Positions 29,501 through 43,800 of a stretch of 64,000 bases of DNA are shown piece by piece. Origin of the DNA: the human T2T-CHM13v2.0 reference genome, Homo sapiens. A model generated the notes under the pieces. The model was not told where the DNA came from. It ran no database searches and saw only the letters and a program-made list of their open reading frames with translations. The stretch lies in NCBI RefSeq assembly GCF_009914755.1, contig NC_060939.1, one strand, 5' to 3'. Numbering within the stretch: position 1 is the stretch's first letter; each line of letters opens with the position of its first letter. Position numbers and translations under genes: made by a program.

Positions 29501-32500
29501 TTCGATGCCATTCCATTTGATTCTATTCCATTAGTCTCCATTCAATTCCATTAATCTCCATTCCATTCCATTCTACTCCAACTGATTCCATTCCATTCTA
29601 TTCCTTTCCATTCCATTTCATTCCATTCCATTCCATTTCATTCCATTCCATTCCATTCGTGTCCATTCCACTCCAGTCCATTCCATTCGTGTCCATTCCA
29701 TTCCAGTCCATTCCATTTGTGTCCACTGCATTCCATTCCACTCCATTCCATATTATTCCATTACACTCCATTCCATTCTATTATTTTCATTTCCATTCAA
29801 TTCCATTCCATTTGATTCCATTCCACTCGGTTTCATTCCATTTGAGTCCACTCCATTCCATTCCATTCCATTCCATTCCAATCCATTCCATACAGTTCCA
29901 TTCCATTCTGTTCCATTCCATTCCGTTCCATTGCATTCCATTCCATTCGGTACCATTCCATATTGTTCCATTCGATTCCATTCGAATCCATTCCATTCCA
30001 GTCCATTCCATTCGATTCCATTCCATTCCTTTCAATTCCATTCCATTCCATTCCATTCCACTTGATTCCACTCCATTCCCTTCCACTGCATTCCATTCGA
30101 TTCCATTCCATTGCATTGCATTCCATTCCATTGGACTGCATTCCATTCGATTCCATTCCATTCGAATCAATTACATAGCAATCCATTACATTCGAGTCTA
30201 TTCTATTCCGTTCCATTCGATTTCGTTCCAATCCATTCGATTCCATTCCATTCGATTCCATTCCATACTATTGCATTCCATTCGATTACATTATATTCGA
30301 ATAAGTTCCATTCAAGACCATTTCTTTTGAGTCCATTCTATTTGAGTCCATTCCCTTTGATTCCATAACATTTGAGTCCATTCAATTCCATTCCTTTCGT
30401 TTGCATTCCATTTGATGCCATTCCATTCAATTCTGTTCTACTCGACTCCAATACATTCAATTCCATTCCATCCGATTCCATTACATTCTTTTCATTTCTT
30501 ATCCATTTCAAGCCATTCCACTCCACTCCATTCCACTCGTTTCCTTTCCATTCGAGTCCATTCCTCTCCAGTCCATTCCGTTCAATCCATTCCATTCCAG
30601 TCCATTCCATTCGAGTCCGTTCCATTCCAGTCCATTCCATTCGAGTCAATTCCATTCCATTCGATGTCTTTCCATAACGATCCATTCCATTCTATTCCTT
30701 TCGATTCCATTCCATTCTATTTCATTCCATTCGATTCCCTTCCATTGGACTCCTTTCCATTAGAGTGCATTCCATTCCGTTCCATTTCTTTCCGTTCTGT
30801 ACGATTCCTACCGTTCGATTTCATTTTGTTCCAGTCCATTCCTTTCGCGTCCATTCCATTCCATTTCACTCCATTCGATTCCATTCCACTCGATTCCACT
30901 TCGTTCCATTTCATTGCATTCCATTCTATTCAACTCTATTGCCTTCCATTCCATTCCATTCGATTACATTCCATGCGATTCCATTCGAAATCGAATCAAT
31001 TACATTACAATCCATTACTATTGAGTCCGTTTTATTCCAGTCCACTGCATTCTGGTCCATTCCATTTGATTCCATTCCATTTTATTCCATTCCATACAGT
31101 TGCATTCCATTGGATTCCATGCTATATCTATAAATTCAATTCGAGACCATTGCTTTTGATTCCATTCTATATGTTTCCATTCCATTCAAGTCCATTACAT
31201 TTGGTTCAATTCCATTCCATTCCATTCCCTTCCATTCCATTCCAGTTGATATCAATCCATTCGATTCCATTCCATTCGAGCACATTCCATTCGAGTCCAT
31301 TCCATTCGATGCCATTCCATTTGATTCTATTCCATTAGTCTCCATTCAATTCCATTAATCTCCATTCCATTCCATTCTACTCCAACTGATTCCATTCCAT
31401 TCTATTCCTTTCCATTCCATTTCATTCCATTCCATTCCATTCGCTTCCATTCCATTCGTGTCCATTCCACTCCAGTCGATTCCATTTGTGTCCACTGCAT
31501 TCCATTCCACTCCATTCCATATTATTCCATTACACCCCATTCCATTCTATTACTTTCATTTCCATTCAATTCCATTCCATTTGATTCCATTCCACTCGGT
31601 TTCATTCCATTTGAGTCCACTCCATTCCATTCCATTCCATTCAGTTCCATTCCATTCTGTTCCATTCCATTCCGTTCCATTGCATTCCATTCCATTCGGT
31701 ACCATTCCATATTGTTCCATTCGATTCCATTCGAATCCATTCCATTCCAGTCCATTCCATTCGATTCCATTCCATTCCTTTCAATTCCATTCCATTCCAT
31801 TCCATTCCACTTGATTCCACTCCATTCCCTTCCACTGCATTCCATTCGATTCCATTCCATTGCATTGCATTCCATTCCATTGGACTGCATTCCATTCGAT
31901 TCCATTCCATTCGAATCAATTACATAGCAATCCATTACATTCGAGTCTATTCTATTCCGTTCCATTCGATTTCGTTCCAATCCATTCGATTCCATTCCAT
32001 TCGATTCCATTCCATACTATTGCATTCCATTCGATTACATTATATTCGAATAAGTTCCATTCAAGACCATTTCTATTGAGTCCATTCTATTTGAGTCCAT
32101 TCCCTTTGATTCCATAACATTTGAGTCCATTCAATTCCATTCCTTTCGTTTCCATTCCATTTGATGCCATTCCATTCAATTCTGTTCTACTCGACTCCAA
32201 TACATTCAATTCCATTCCATCCGATTCCATTACATTCTTTTCATTTCTTATCCATTTCAAGCCATTCCACTCCATTCCATTCCACTCGTTTCCTTTCCAT
32301 TCGAGTCCATTCCTCTCCAGTCCATTCCGTTCAATCCATTCCATTCCAGTCCATTCCATTCGAGTCCGTTCCATTCCAGTCCATTCCATTCGAGTCAATT
32401 CCATCCCATTCGATGTCTTTCCATAACGATCCATTCCATTCTATTCCTTTCGATTCCATTCCATTCTATTTCATTCCATTCGATTCCCTTCCATTGGACT

Positions 32501-35500
32501 CCTTTCCATTAGAGTGCATTCCATTCCGTTCCATTTCTTTCCGTTCTGTACGATTCCTACCGTTCGATTTCATTTTGTTCCAGTCCATTCCTTTCGCGTC
32601 CATTCCATTCCATTTCACTCCATTCGATTCCATTCCATTTCACTCCATTCGATTCCATTCCACTCGATTCCACTTCGTTCCATTTCATTGCATTCCATTC
32701 TATTCAACTCTATTGCCTTCCATTCCATTCCATTCGATTACATTCCATGCGATTCCATTCGAAATCGAATCAATTACATTGCAATCCATAACTATTGAGT
32801 CCGTTTTATTCCAGTCCACTGCATTCTGGTCCATTCCATTTGATTCCATTCCATTCTATTCCATTCCATACAGTTGCATTCCATTGGATTCCATGCTATA
32901 TCTATAAATTCAATTCGAGACCATTGCTTTTGAGTCCATTCTATATGATTCCATTCCATTCAAGTCCATTACATTTGGTTCAATTCCATTCCATTCCATT
33001 CCCTTCCATTCCATTCCATTTGATATCAATCCATTCGATTCCATTCCATTCGAGCACATTCCATTCGAGTCCATTCCATTCGATGCCATTCCATTTGATT
33101 CTATTCCATTAGTCTCCATTCAATTCCATTAATCTCCATTCCATTCCATTCTACTCCAACTGATTCCATTCCATTCTATTCCTTTCCATTCCATTTCATT
33201 CCATTCCATTCCATTTCATTCCATTCCATTCCATTGGTGTCCATTCCACTCCAGTCTATTCCATTCGTGTCCATTCCATTCCAGTCCAATCCATTTGTGT
33301 CCACTGCATTCCATTCCACTCCATTCCATATTATTCCATTACACTCCATTCCATTCTATTACTTTCATTTCCATTCAATTCCATTCCATTTGATTCCATT
33401 CCACTCGGTTTCATTCCATTTGAGTCCACTCCATTCCATTCCATTCCATTCCATTCAGTTCCATTCCATTCTGTTCCATTCCATTCCGTTCCATTCCATT
33501 CCATTCCATTCGGTACCATTCCATATTGTTCCATTCGATTCCATTCGAATCCATTCCATTCCAGTCCATTCCATTCGATTCCATTCCATTCATTTCAATT
33601 CCATTCCATTCCATTCCATTCCATTCCACTTGATTCCTCTCCATTCCCTTCCACTGCATTCCGTTCGATTCCATTCCATTGCATTGCATTCCATTCCATT
33701 GGATTGCATTCCATTCGATTCCATTCCATTCGAATCAATTACATAGCAATCCATTGCATTCGAGTCTATTCTATTCCGTTCCATTCGATTTCGTTCCAAT
33801 CCATTCGATTCCATTCCATTCGATTCCATTCCATACTATTGCATTCCATTCGATTACATTATATTCGAATAAGTTCCATTCAAGACCATTTCTTTTGAGT
33901 CCATTCTATTTGAGTCCATTCCCTTTGATTCCATAACATTTGAGTCCATTCAATTCCATTCCTTTCGTTTCCATTCCATTTGATGCCATTCCATTCAATT
34001 CTGTTCTACTCGACTCCAATACATTCAATTCCATTCCATCCGATTCCATTACATTCTTTTCATTTCTTATCCATTTCAAGCCATTCCACTCCATTCCATT
34101 CCACTCGTTTCCTTTCCATTCGAGTCCATTCCTCTCCAGTCCATTCCGTTCAATCCATTCCATTCCAGTCCATTCCATTCGAGTCCGTTCCATTCCAGTC
34201 CATTCCATTCGAGTCAATTCCATTCCATTCGATGTCTTTCCATAACGATCCATTCCATTCTATTCCTTTCGATTCCATTCCATTCTATTTCATTCCATTC
34301 GATTCCCTTCCATTGGACTCCTTTCCATTCGAGTGCATTCCATTCCTTTCCATTTCTTTCCGTTCTGTACGATTCCTACCGTTCGATTTCATTTTGTTCC
34401 AGTCCATTCCTTTCGCGTCCATTCCATTCCATTTCACTCCATTCGATTCCATTCCACTCGATTCCACTTCGTTCCATTTCATTGCATTCCATTCTATTCA
34501 ACTCTATTGCCTTCCATTCCATTCCATTCGATTACATTCCATGCGATTCCATTCGAAATCGAATCAATTACATTGCAATCCATTACTATTGAGTCCGTTT
34601 TATTCCAGTCCACTGCATTCTGGTCCATTCCATTTGATTCCATTCCATTCTATTCCATTCCATACAGTTGCATTCCATTGGATTCCATGCTATATCTATA
34701 AATTCAATTCGAGACCATTGCTTTTGAGTCCATTCTATATGATTCCATTCCATTCAAGTCCATTACATTTGGTTCAATTCCATTCCATTCCATTCCCTTC
34801 CATTCCATTCCAGTTGATATCAATCCATTCGATTCCATTCCATTCGAGCACATTCCATTCGAGTCCATTCCATTCGATGCCATTCCATTTGATTCTATTC
34901 CATTAGTCTCCATTCAATTCCATTAATCTCCATTCCATTCCATTCTACTCCAACTGATTCCATTTCATTATATTCCTTTCCATTCCATTTCATTCCATTC
35001 CATTCCATTTCATTCCATTCCATTCCATTCGTGTCCATTCCACTCCAGTCCATTCCATTCGTGTCCATTCCATTCCAGTCCATTCCATTTGTGTCCCCTG
35101 CATTCCATTAAACTCCATTCCATATTATTCCATTACACTCCATTCAATTCTATTACTTTCATTTCCATTCAATTCCATTCCATTTGATTCCATTCCACTC
35201 GGTTTCATTCCATTTGAGTCCACTCCATTCCATTCCATTCCATTCCATTCCATTCAGTTCCATTCCATTCTATTCCATTCCATTCCGTTCCATTACATTC
35301 CATTCCATTCGGTACCATTCCATATTGTTCCATTCGATTCCATTCGAATCCATTCCATTCCAGTCCATTCCATTCGATTCCATTCCATTCATTTGAATTC
35401 CATTCCATTCCATTCCATTACATTCCACTTGATTCCTCTCCATTCCCTTCCACTGCATTCCGTTCGATTCCATTCCATTGCATTGCATTCCATTCCATTG

Positions 35501-38500
35501 GATTGCATTCCATTCGATTCCATTCCATTCGAATCAATTACATAGCAATCCATTACATTCGAGTCTATTCTATTCCGTTCCATTCGATTTCGTTCCAATC
35601 CATTCGATTCCATTCCATTCGATTCCATTCCATACTATTGCATTCCATTCGATTACATTATATTCGAATAAGTTCCATTCAAGACCATTTCTTTTGAGTC
35701 CATTCTATTTGAGTCCATTCCCTTTGATTCCATAACATTTGAGTCCATTCAATTCCATTCCTTTCTTTTCCATTCCATTTGATGCCATTCCATTCAATTC
35801 TGTTCTACTCGACTCCAATACATTCAATTCCATTCCATCCGATTCCATTACATTCTTTTCATTTTTATCCATTTCAAGCCATTCCACTCCATTCCATTCC
35901 ACTCGTTTCCTTTCCATTCGAGTCCATTCCTCTCCAGTCCATTCCGTTCAATCCATTCCATTCCAGTCCATTCCATTCGAGTCCGTTCCATTCCAGTCCA
36001 TTCCATTCGAGTCAATTCCATTCCATTCGATGTCTTTCCATAACGATCCATTCCATTCTATTCCTTTCGATTCCATTCCATTCTATTTCATTCCATTCGA
36101 TTCCCTTCCATTGGACTCCTTTCCATTCGAGTGCATTCCATTCCGTTCCATTTCTTTCCGTTCTGTACGATTCCTACCGTTCGATTTCATTTTGTTCCAG
36201 TCCATTCCTTTCGCGTCCATTCCATTCCATTTCACTCCATTCGATTCCATTCCACTCGATTCCACTTCGTTCCATTTCATTGCATTCCATTCTATTCAAC
36301 TCTATTGCCTTCCATTCTATTCCATTCGATTACATTCCATGCGATTCCATTCGAAATCGAATCAATTACATTGCAATCCATTACTATTGAGTCCGTTTTA
36401 TTCCAGTCCACTGCATTCTGGTCCATTCCATTTGATTCCATTCCATTCTATTCCATTCCATACAGTTGCATTCCATTGGATTCCATGCTATATCTATAAA
36501 TTCAATTCGAGACCATTGCTTTTGAGTCCATTCTATATGATTCCATTCCATTCAAGTCCATTACATTTGGTTCAATTCCATTCCATTCCATTCCCTTCCA
36601 TTCCATTCCATTTGATATCAATCCATTCGATTCCATTCCATTCGAGCACATTCCATTCGAGTCCATTCCATTCGATGCCATTCCATTTGATTCTATTCCA
36701 TTAGTCTCCATTCAATTCCATTAATCTCCATTCCATTCCATTCTACTCCAACTGATTCCATTCCATTCTATTCCTTTCCATTCCATTTCATTCCATTCCA
36801 TTCCATTTCATTCCATTCCATTCCATTCATGTCCATTCCACTCCAGTCCATTCCATTCGTGTCCATTCCATTCCAGTCCATTCCATTTGTGTCCACTGCA
36901 TTCCATTCCACTCCATTCCATATTATTCCATTACACTCCATTCCATTCTATTACTTTCATTTCCATTCAATTCCATTCCATTTGATTCCATTCCACTCGG
37001 TTTCATTCCATTTGAATCCACTCCATTCCATTCCATTCCATTCCATTCAGTTCCATTCCATTCTGTTCCATTCCATTCCGTTCCATTCCATTCCATTACA
37101 TTCGGTACCATTCCATATTGTTCCATTCGATTCCATTCGAATCCATTCCATTCCAGTCCATTCCATTCGATTCCATTCCATTCCTTTCAATTCCATTCCA
37201 TTCCATTCCATTCCACTTGATTCCACTCCATTCCCTTCCACTGCATTCCATTCGATTCCATTCCATTGCATTGCATTCCATTCCATTGGACTGCATTCCA
37301 TTCGATTCCATTCCATTCGAATCAATTACATAGCAATCCATTACATTCGAGTCTATTCTATTCCGTTCCATTCGATTTCGTTCCAATCCATTCGATTCCA
37401 TTCCATTCGATTCCATTCCATACTATTGCATTCCATTCGATTACATTATATTCGAATAAGTTCCATTCAAGACCATTTCTTTTGAGTCCATTCTATTTGA
37501 GTCCATTCCCTTTGATTCCATAACATTTGAGTCCATTCAATTCCATTCCTTTCGTTTCCATTCCATTTGATGCCATTCCATTCAATTCTGTTCTACTCGA
37601 CTCCAATACATTCAATTCCATTCCATCCGATTCCATTACATTCTTTTCATTTCTTATCCATTTCAAGCCATTCCACTCCATTCCATTCCACTCGTTTCCT
37701 TTCCATTCGAGTCCATTCCTCTCCAGTCCATTCCGTTCAATCCATTCCATTCCAGTCCATTCCATTCGAGTCCGTTCCATTCCAGTCCATTCCATTCGAG
37801 TCAATTCCATTCCATTCGATGTCTTTCCATAACGATCCATTCCATTCTATTCCTTTCGATTCCATTCCATTCTATTTCATTCCATTCGATTCCCTTCCAT
37901 TGGACTCCTTTCCATTCGAGTGCATTCCATTCCGTTCCATTTCTTTCTGTTCTGTACGATTCCTACCGTTCGATTTCATTTTGTTCCAGTCCATTCCTTT
38001 CGCGTCCATTCCATTCCATTTCACTCCATTCGATTCCATTCCACTCGATTCCACTTCGTTCCATTTCATTGCATTCCATTCTATTCAACTCTATTGCCTT
38101 TCATTCCATTCCATTCGATTACATTCCATGCGATTCCATTCGAAATCGAATCAATTACATTGCAATCCATTAATATTGAGTCCATTTTATTCCAGTCCAC
38201 TGCATTCTGGTACATTCCATTTGATTCCATTCCATTCTATTCCATTCCATACAGTTGCATTCCATTGGATTCCATTCTATATCTATAAATTCAATTCGAG
38301 ACCATTGCTTTTGAGTCCATTCTATATGATTCCATTCCATTCAAGTCCATTACATTTGGTTCAATTCCATTCCATTCCATTCCCTTCCATTCCATTCCAG
38401 TTGATATCAATCCATTCGATTCCATTCCATCCGAGCACATTCCATTCGAGTCCATTCCATTCGATGCCATTCCATTTGATTCTATTCCATTAGTCTCCAT

Positions 38501-40848
38501 TCAATTCCATTAATCTCCATTCCATTCCATTCTACTCCAAGTGATTCCATTCCATTCTATTCCTTTCCATTCCATTTCATTCCATTCCATTCCATTTCAT
38601 TCCATTCCATTCCATTCGCTTCCATTCCATTCGTGTCCATTCCACTCCAGTCCATTCCATTCGTGTCCATTCCATTCCAGTCCATTCCATTTGTGTCCAC
38701 TGCATTCCATTCCACTCCATTCCATATTATTCCATTACACTCCATTCCATTCTAATACTTTCATTTCCATTCAATTCCATTCCATTTGATTCCATTCCAC
38801 TCGGTTTCATTCCATTTGAGTCCACTCCATTCCATTCCATTCCATTCCATTCAGTTCCATTCCATTCTGTTCCGTTCCATTCCATTCTGTTCCATTCCAT
38901 TCCGTTCCATTGCATTCCATTCCATTCGGTACCATTCCATATTGTTCCATTCGATTCCATTCGAATCCATTCCATTCCAGTCCATTCCATTCGATTCCAT
39001 TCCATTCCTTTCAATTCCATTCCATTCCATTCCATTCCACTTGATTCCACTCCATTCCCTTCCACTGCATTCCATTCGATTCCATTCCATTGCATTGCAT
39101 TCCATTCCATGGGACTGCATTCCATTCGATTCCATTCCATTCGAATCAATTACATAGCAATCCATTACATTCGAGTCTATTCTATTCCGTTCCATTCGAT
39201 TTCGTTCCAATCCATTCGATTCCATTCCATTCGATTCCATTCCATACTATTGCATTCCATTCTATTACATTATATTCGAATAAGTTCCATTCAAGACCAT
39301 TTCTTTTGAGTCCATTCTATTTGAGTCCATTCCCTTTGATTCCATAACATTTGAGTCCATTCAATTCCATTCCTTTCGTTTGCATTCCATTTGATGCCAT
39401 TCCATTCAATTCTGTTCTACTCGACTCCAATACATTCAATTCCATTCCATCCGATTCCATTACATTCTTTTCATTTCTTATCCATTTCAAGCCATTCCAC
39501 TCCATTCCATTCCACTCGTTTCCTTTCCATTCGAGTCCATTCCTCTCCAGTCCATTCCGTTCAATCCATTCCATTCCAGTCCATTCCATTCGAGTCCGTT
39601 CCATTCCAGTCCATTCCATTCGAGTCAATTCCATTCCATTCGATGTCTTTCCATAACGATCCATTCCATTCTATTCCTTTCGATTCCATTCCATTCTATT
39701 TCATTCCATTCGATTCCCTTCCATTGGACTCCTTTCCATTAGAGTGCATTCCATTCCGTTCCATTTCTTTCCGTTCTGTACGATTCCTACCGTTCGATTT
39801 CATTTTGTTCCAGTCCATTCCTTTCGCGTCCATTCCATTCCATTTCACTCCATTCGATTCCATTCCACTCGATTCCACTTCGTTCCATTTCATTGCATTC
39901 CATTCTATTCAACTCTATTGCCTTCCATTCCATTCCATTCGATTACATTCCATGCGATTCCATTCGAAATCGAATCAATTACATTACAATCCATTACTAT
40001 TGAGTCCGTATTATTCCAGTCCACTGCATTCTGGTCCATTCCATTTGATTCCATTCCATTTTATTCCATTCCATACAGTTGCATTCCATTGGATTCCATG
40101 CTATATCTATAAATTCAATTCGAGACCATTGCTTTTGATTCCATTCTATATGTTTCCATTCCATTCAAGTCCATTACATTTGGTTCAATTCCATTCCATT
40201 CCATTCCCTTCCATTCCATTCCAGTTGATATCAATCCATTCGATTCCATTCCATTCGAGCACATTCCATTCGAGTCCATTCCATTCGATGCCATTCCATT
40301 TGATTCTATTCCATTAGTCTCCATTCAATTCCATTAATCTCCATTCCATTCCATTCTACTCCAACTGATTCCATTCCATTCTATTCCTTTCCATTCCATT
40401 TCATTCCATTCCATTCCATTCGCTTCCATTCCATTCGTGTCCATTCCACTCCAGTCGATTCCATTTGTGTCCACTGCATTCCATTCCACTCCATTCCATA
40501 TTATTCCATTACACTCCATTCCATTCTATTACTTTCATTTCCATTCAATTCCATTCCATTTGATTCCATTCCACTCGGTTTCATTCCATTTGAGTCCACT
40601 CCATTCCATTCCATTCCATTCCATTCCATTCAGTTCCATTCCATTCTGTTCCATTCCATTCCGTTCCATTGCATTCCATTCCATTCGGTACCATTCCATA
40701 TTGTTCCATTCGATTCCATTCGAATCCATTCCATTCCAGTCCATTCCATTCGATTCCATTCCATTCCTTTCAATTCCATTCCATTCCATTCCATTCCACT
40801 TGATTCCACTCCATTCCCTTCCACTGCATTCCATTCGATTCCATTCCA

Positions 40849-43800
40849 TTGCATTGCATTCCATTCCATTGGACTGCATTCCATTCGATTCCATTCCATT
40901 CGAATCAATTACATAGCAATCCGTTACATTCGAGTCTATTCTATTCCGTTCCATTCGATTTCGTTCCAATCCATTCGATTCCATTCCATTCGATTCCATT
41001 CCATACTATTGCATTCCATTCGATTACATTATATTCGAATAAGTTCCATTCAAGACCATTTCTTTTGAGTCCATTCTATTTGAGTCCATTCCCTTTGATT
41101 CCATAACATTTGAGTCCATTCAATTCCATTCCTTTCGTTTCCATTCCATTTGATGCCATTCCATTCAATTCTGTTCTACTCGACTCCAATACATTCAATT
41201 CCATTCCATCCGATTCCATTACATTCTTTTCATTTCTTATCCATTTCAAGCCATTCCACTCCATTCCATTCCACTCGTTTCCTTTCCATTCGAGTCCATT
41301 CCTCTCCAGTCCATTCCGTTCAATCCATTCCATTCCAGTCCATTCCATTCGAGTCCGTTCCATTCCAGTCCATTCCATTCGAGTCAATTCCATCCCATTC
41401 GATGTCTTTCCATAACGATCCATTCCATTCTATTCCTTTCGATTCCATTCCATTCTATTTCATTCCATTCGATTCCCTTCCATTGGACTCCTTTCCATTC
41501 GAGTGCATTCCATTCCGTTCCATTTCTTTCCGTTCTGTACGATTCCTACCGTTCGATTTCATTTTGTTCCAGTCCATTCCTTTCGCGTCCATTCCATTCC
41601 ATTTCACTCCATTCGATTCCATTCCACTCGATTCCACTTCGTTCCATTTCATTGCATTCCATTCTATTCAACTCTATTGCCTTCCATTCCATTCCATTCG
41701 ATTACATTCCATGCGATTCCATTCGAAATCGAATCAATTACATTACAATCCATTACTATTGAGTCCGTTTTATTCCAGTCCACTGCATTCTGGTCCATTC
41801 CATTTGATTCCATTCCATTTTATTCCATTCCATACAGTTGCATTCCATTGGATTCCATGCTATATCTATAAATTCAATTCGAGACCATTGCTTTTGATTC
41901 CATTCTATATGTTTCCATTCCATTCAAGTCCATTACATTTGGTTCAATTCCATTCCATTCCATTCCCTTCCATTCCATTCCAGTTGATATCAATCCATTC
42001 GATTCCATTCCATTCGAGCACATTCCATTCGAGTCCATTCCATTCGATGCCATTCCATTTGATTCTATTCCATTAGTCTCCATTCAATTCCATTAATCTC
42101 CATTCCATTCCATTCTACTCCAACTGATTCCATTCCATTCTATTCCTTTCCATTCCATTTCATTCCATTCCATTCCATTCCCTTCCATTCCATTCGTGTC
42201 CATTCCACTCCAGTCGATTCCATTTGTGTCCACTGCATTCCATTCCACTCCATTCCATATTATTCCATTACACTCCATTCCATTCTATTACTTTCATTTC
42301 CATTCAATTCCATTCCATTTGATTCCATTCCACTCGGTTTCATTCCATTTGAGTCCACTCCATTCCATTCCATTCCATTCCATTCCATTCAGTTCCATTC
42401 CATTCTGTTCCATTCCATTCCGTTCCATTGCATTCCATTCCATTCGGTACCATTCCATATTGTTCCATTCGATTCCATTCGAATCCATTCCATTCCAGTC
42501 CATTCCATTCGATTCCATTCCATTCCTTTCAATTCCATTCCATTCCATTCCATTCCACTTGATTCCACTCCATTCCCTTCCACTGCATTCCATTCGATTC
42601 CATTCCATTGCATTGCATTCCATTCCATTGGACTGCATTCCATTCGATTCCATTCCATTCGAATCAATTACATAGCAATCCATTACATTCGAGTCTATTC
42701 TATTCCGTTCCATTCGATTTCGTTCCAATCCATTCGATTCCATTCCATTCGATTCCATTCCATACTATTGCATTCCATTCGATTACATTATATTCGAATA
42801 AGTTCCATTCAAGACCATTTCTTTTGAGTCCATTCTATTTGAGTCCATTCCCTTTGATTCCATAACATTTGAGTCCATTCAATTCCATTCCTTTCGTTTC
42901 CATTCCATTTGATGCCATTCCATTCAATTCTGTTCTACTCGACTCCAATACATTCAATTCCATTCCATCCGATTCCATTACATTCTTTTCATTTCTTATC
43001 CATTTCAAGCCATTCCACTCCATTCCATTCCACTCGTTTCCTTTCCATTCGAGTCCATTCCTCTCCAGTCCATTCCGTTCAATCCATTCCATTCCAGTCC
43101 ATTCCATTCGAGTCCGTTCCATTCCAGTCCATTCCATTCGAGTCAATTCCATCCCATTCGATGTCTTTCCATAACGATCCATTCCATTCTATTCCTTTCG
43201 ATTCCATTCCATTCTATTTCATTCCATTCGATTCCCTTCCATTGGACTCCTTTCCATTCGAGTGCATTCCATTCCGTTCCATTTCTTTCCGTTCTGTACG
43301 ATTCCTACCGTTCGATTTCATTTTGTTCCAGTCCATTCCTTTCGCGTCCATTCCATTCCATTTCACTCCATTCGATTCCATTCCACTCGATTCCACTTCG
43401 TTCCATTTCATTGCATTCCATTCTATTCAACTCTATTGCCTTCCATTCTATTCCATTCGATTACATTCCATGCGATTCCATTCGAAATCGAATCAATTAC
43501 ATTGCAATCCATTACTATTGAGTCCGTTTTATTCCAGTCCACTGCATTCTGGTCCATTCCATTTGATTCCATTCCATTCTATTCCATTCCATACAGTTGC
43601 ATTCATTTGGATTCCATGCTATATCTATAAATTCAATTCGAGACCATTGCTTTTGAGTCCATTCTATATGATTCCATTCCATTCAAGTCCACTACATTTG
43701 GTTCAATTCCATTCCATTCCATTCCCTTCCATTCCATTCCATTTGATATCAATCCATTCGATTCCATTCCATTCGAGCACATTCCATTCGAGTCCATTCC

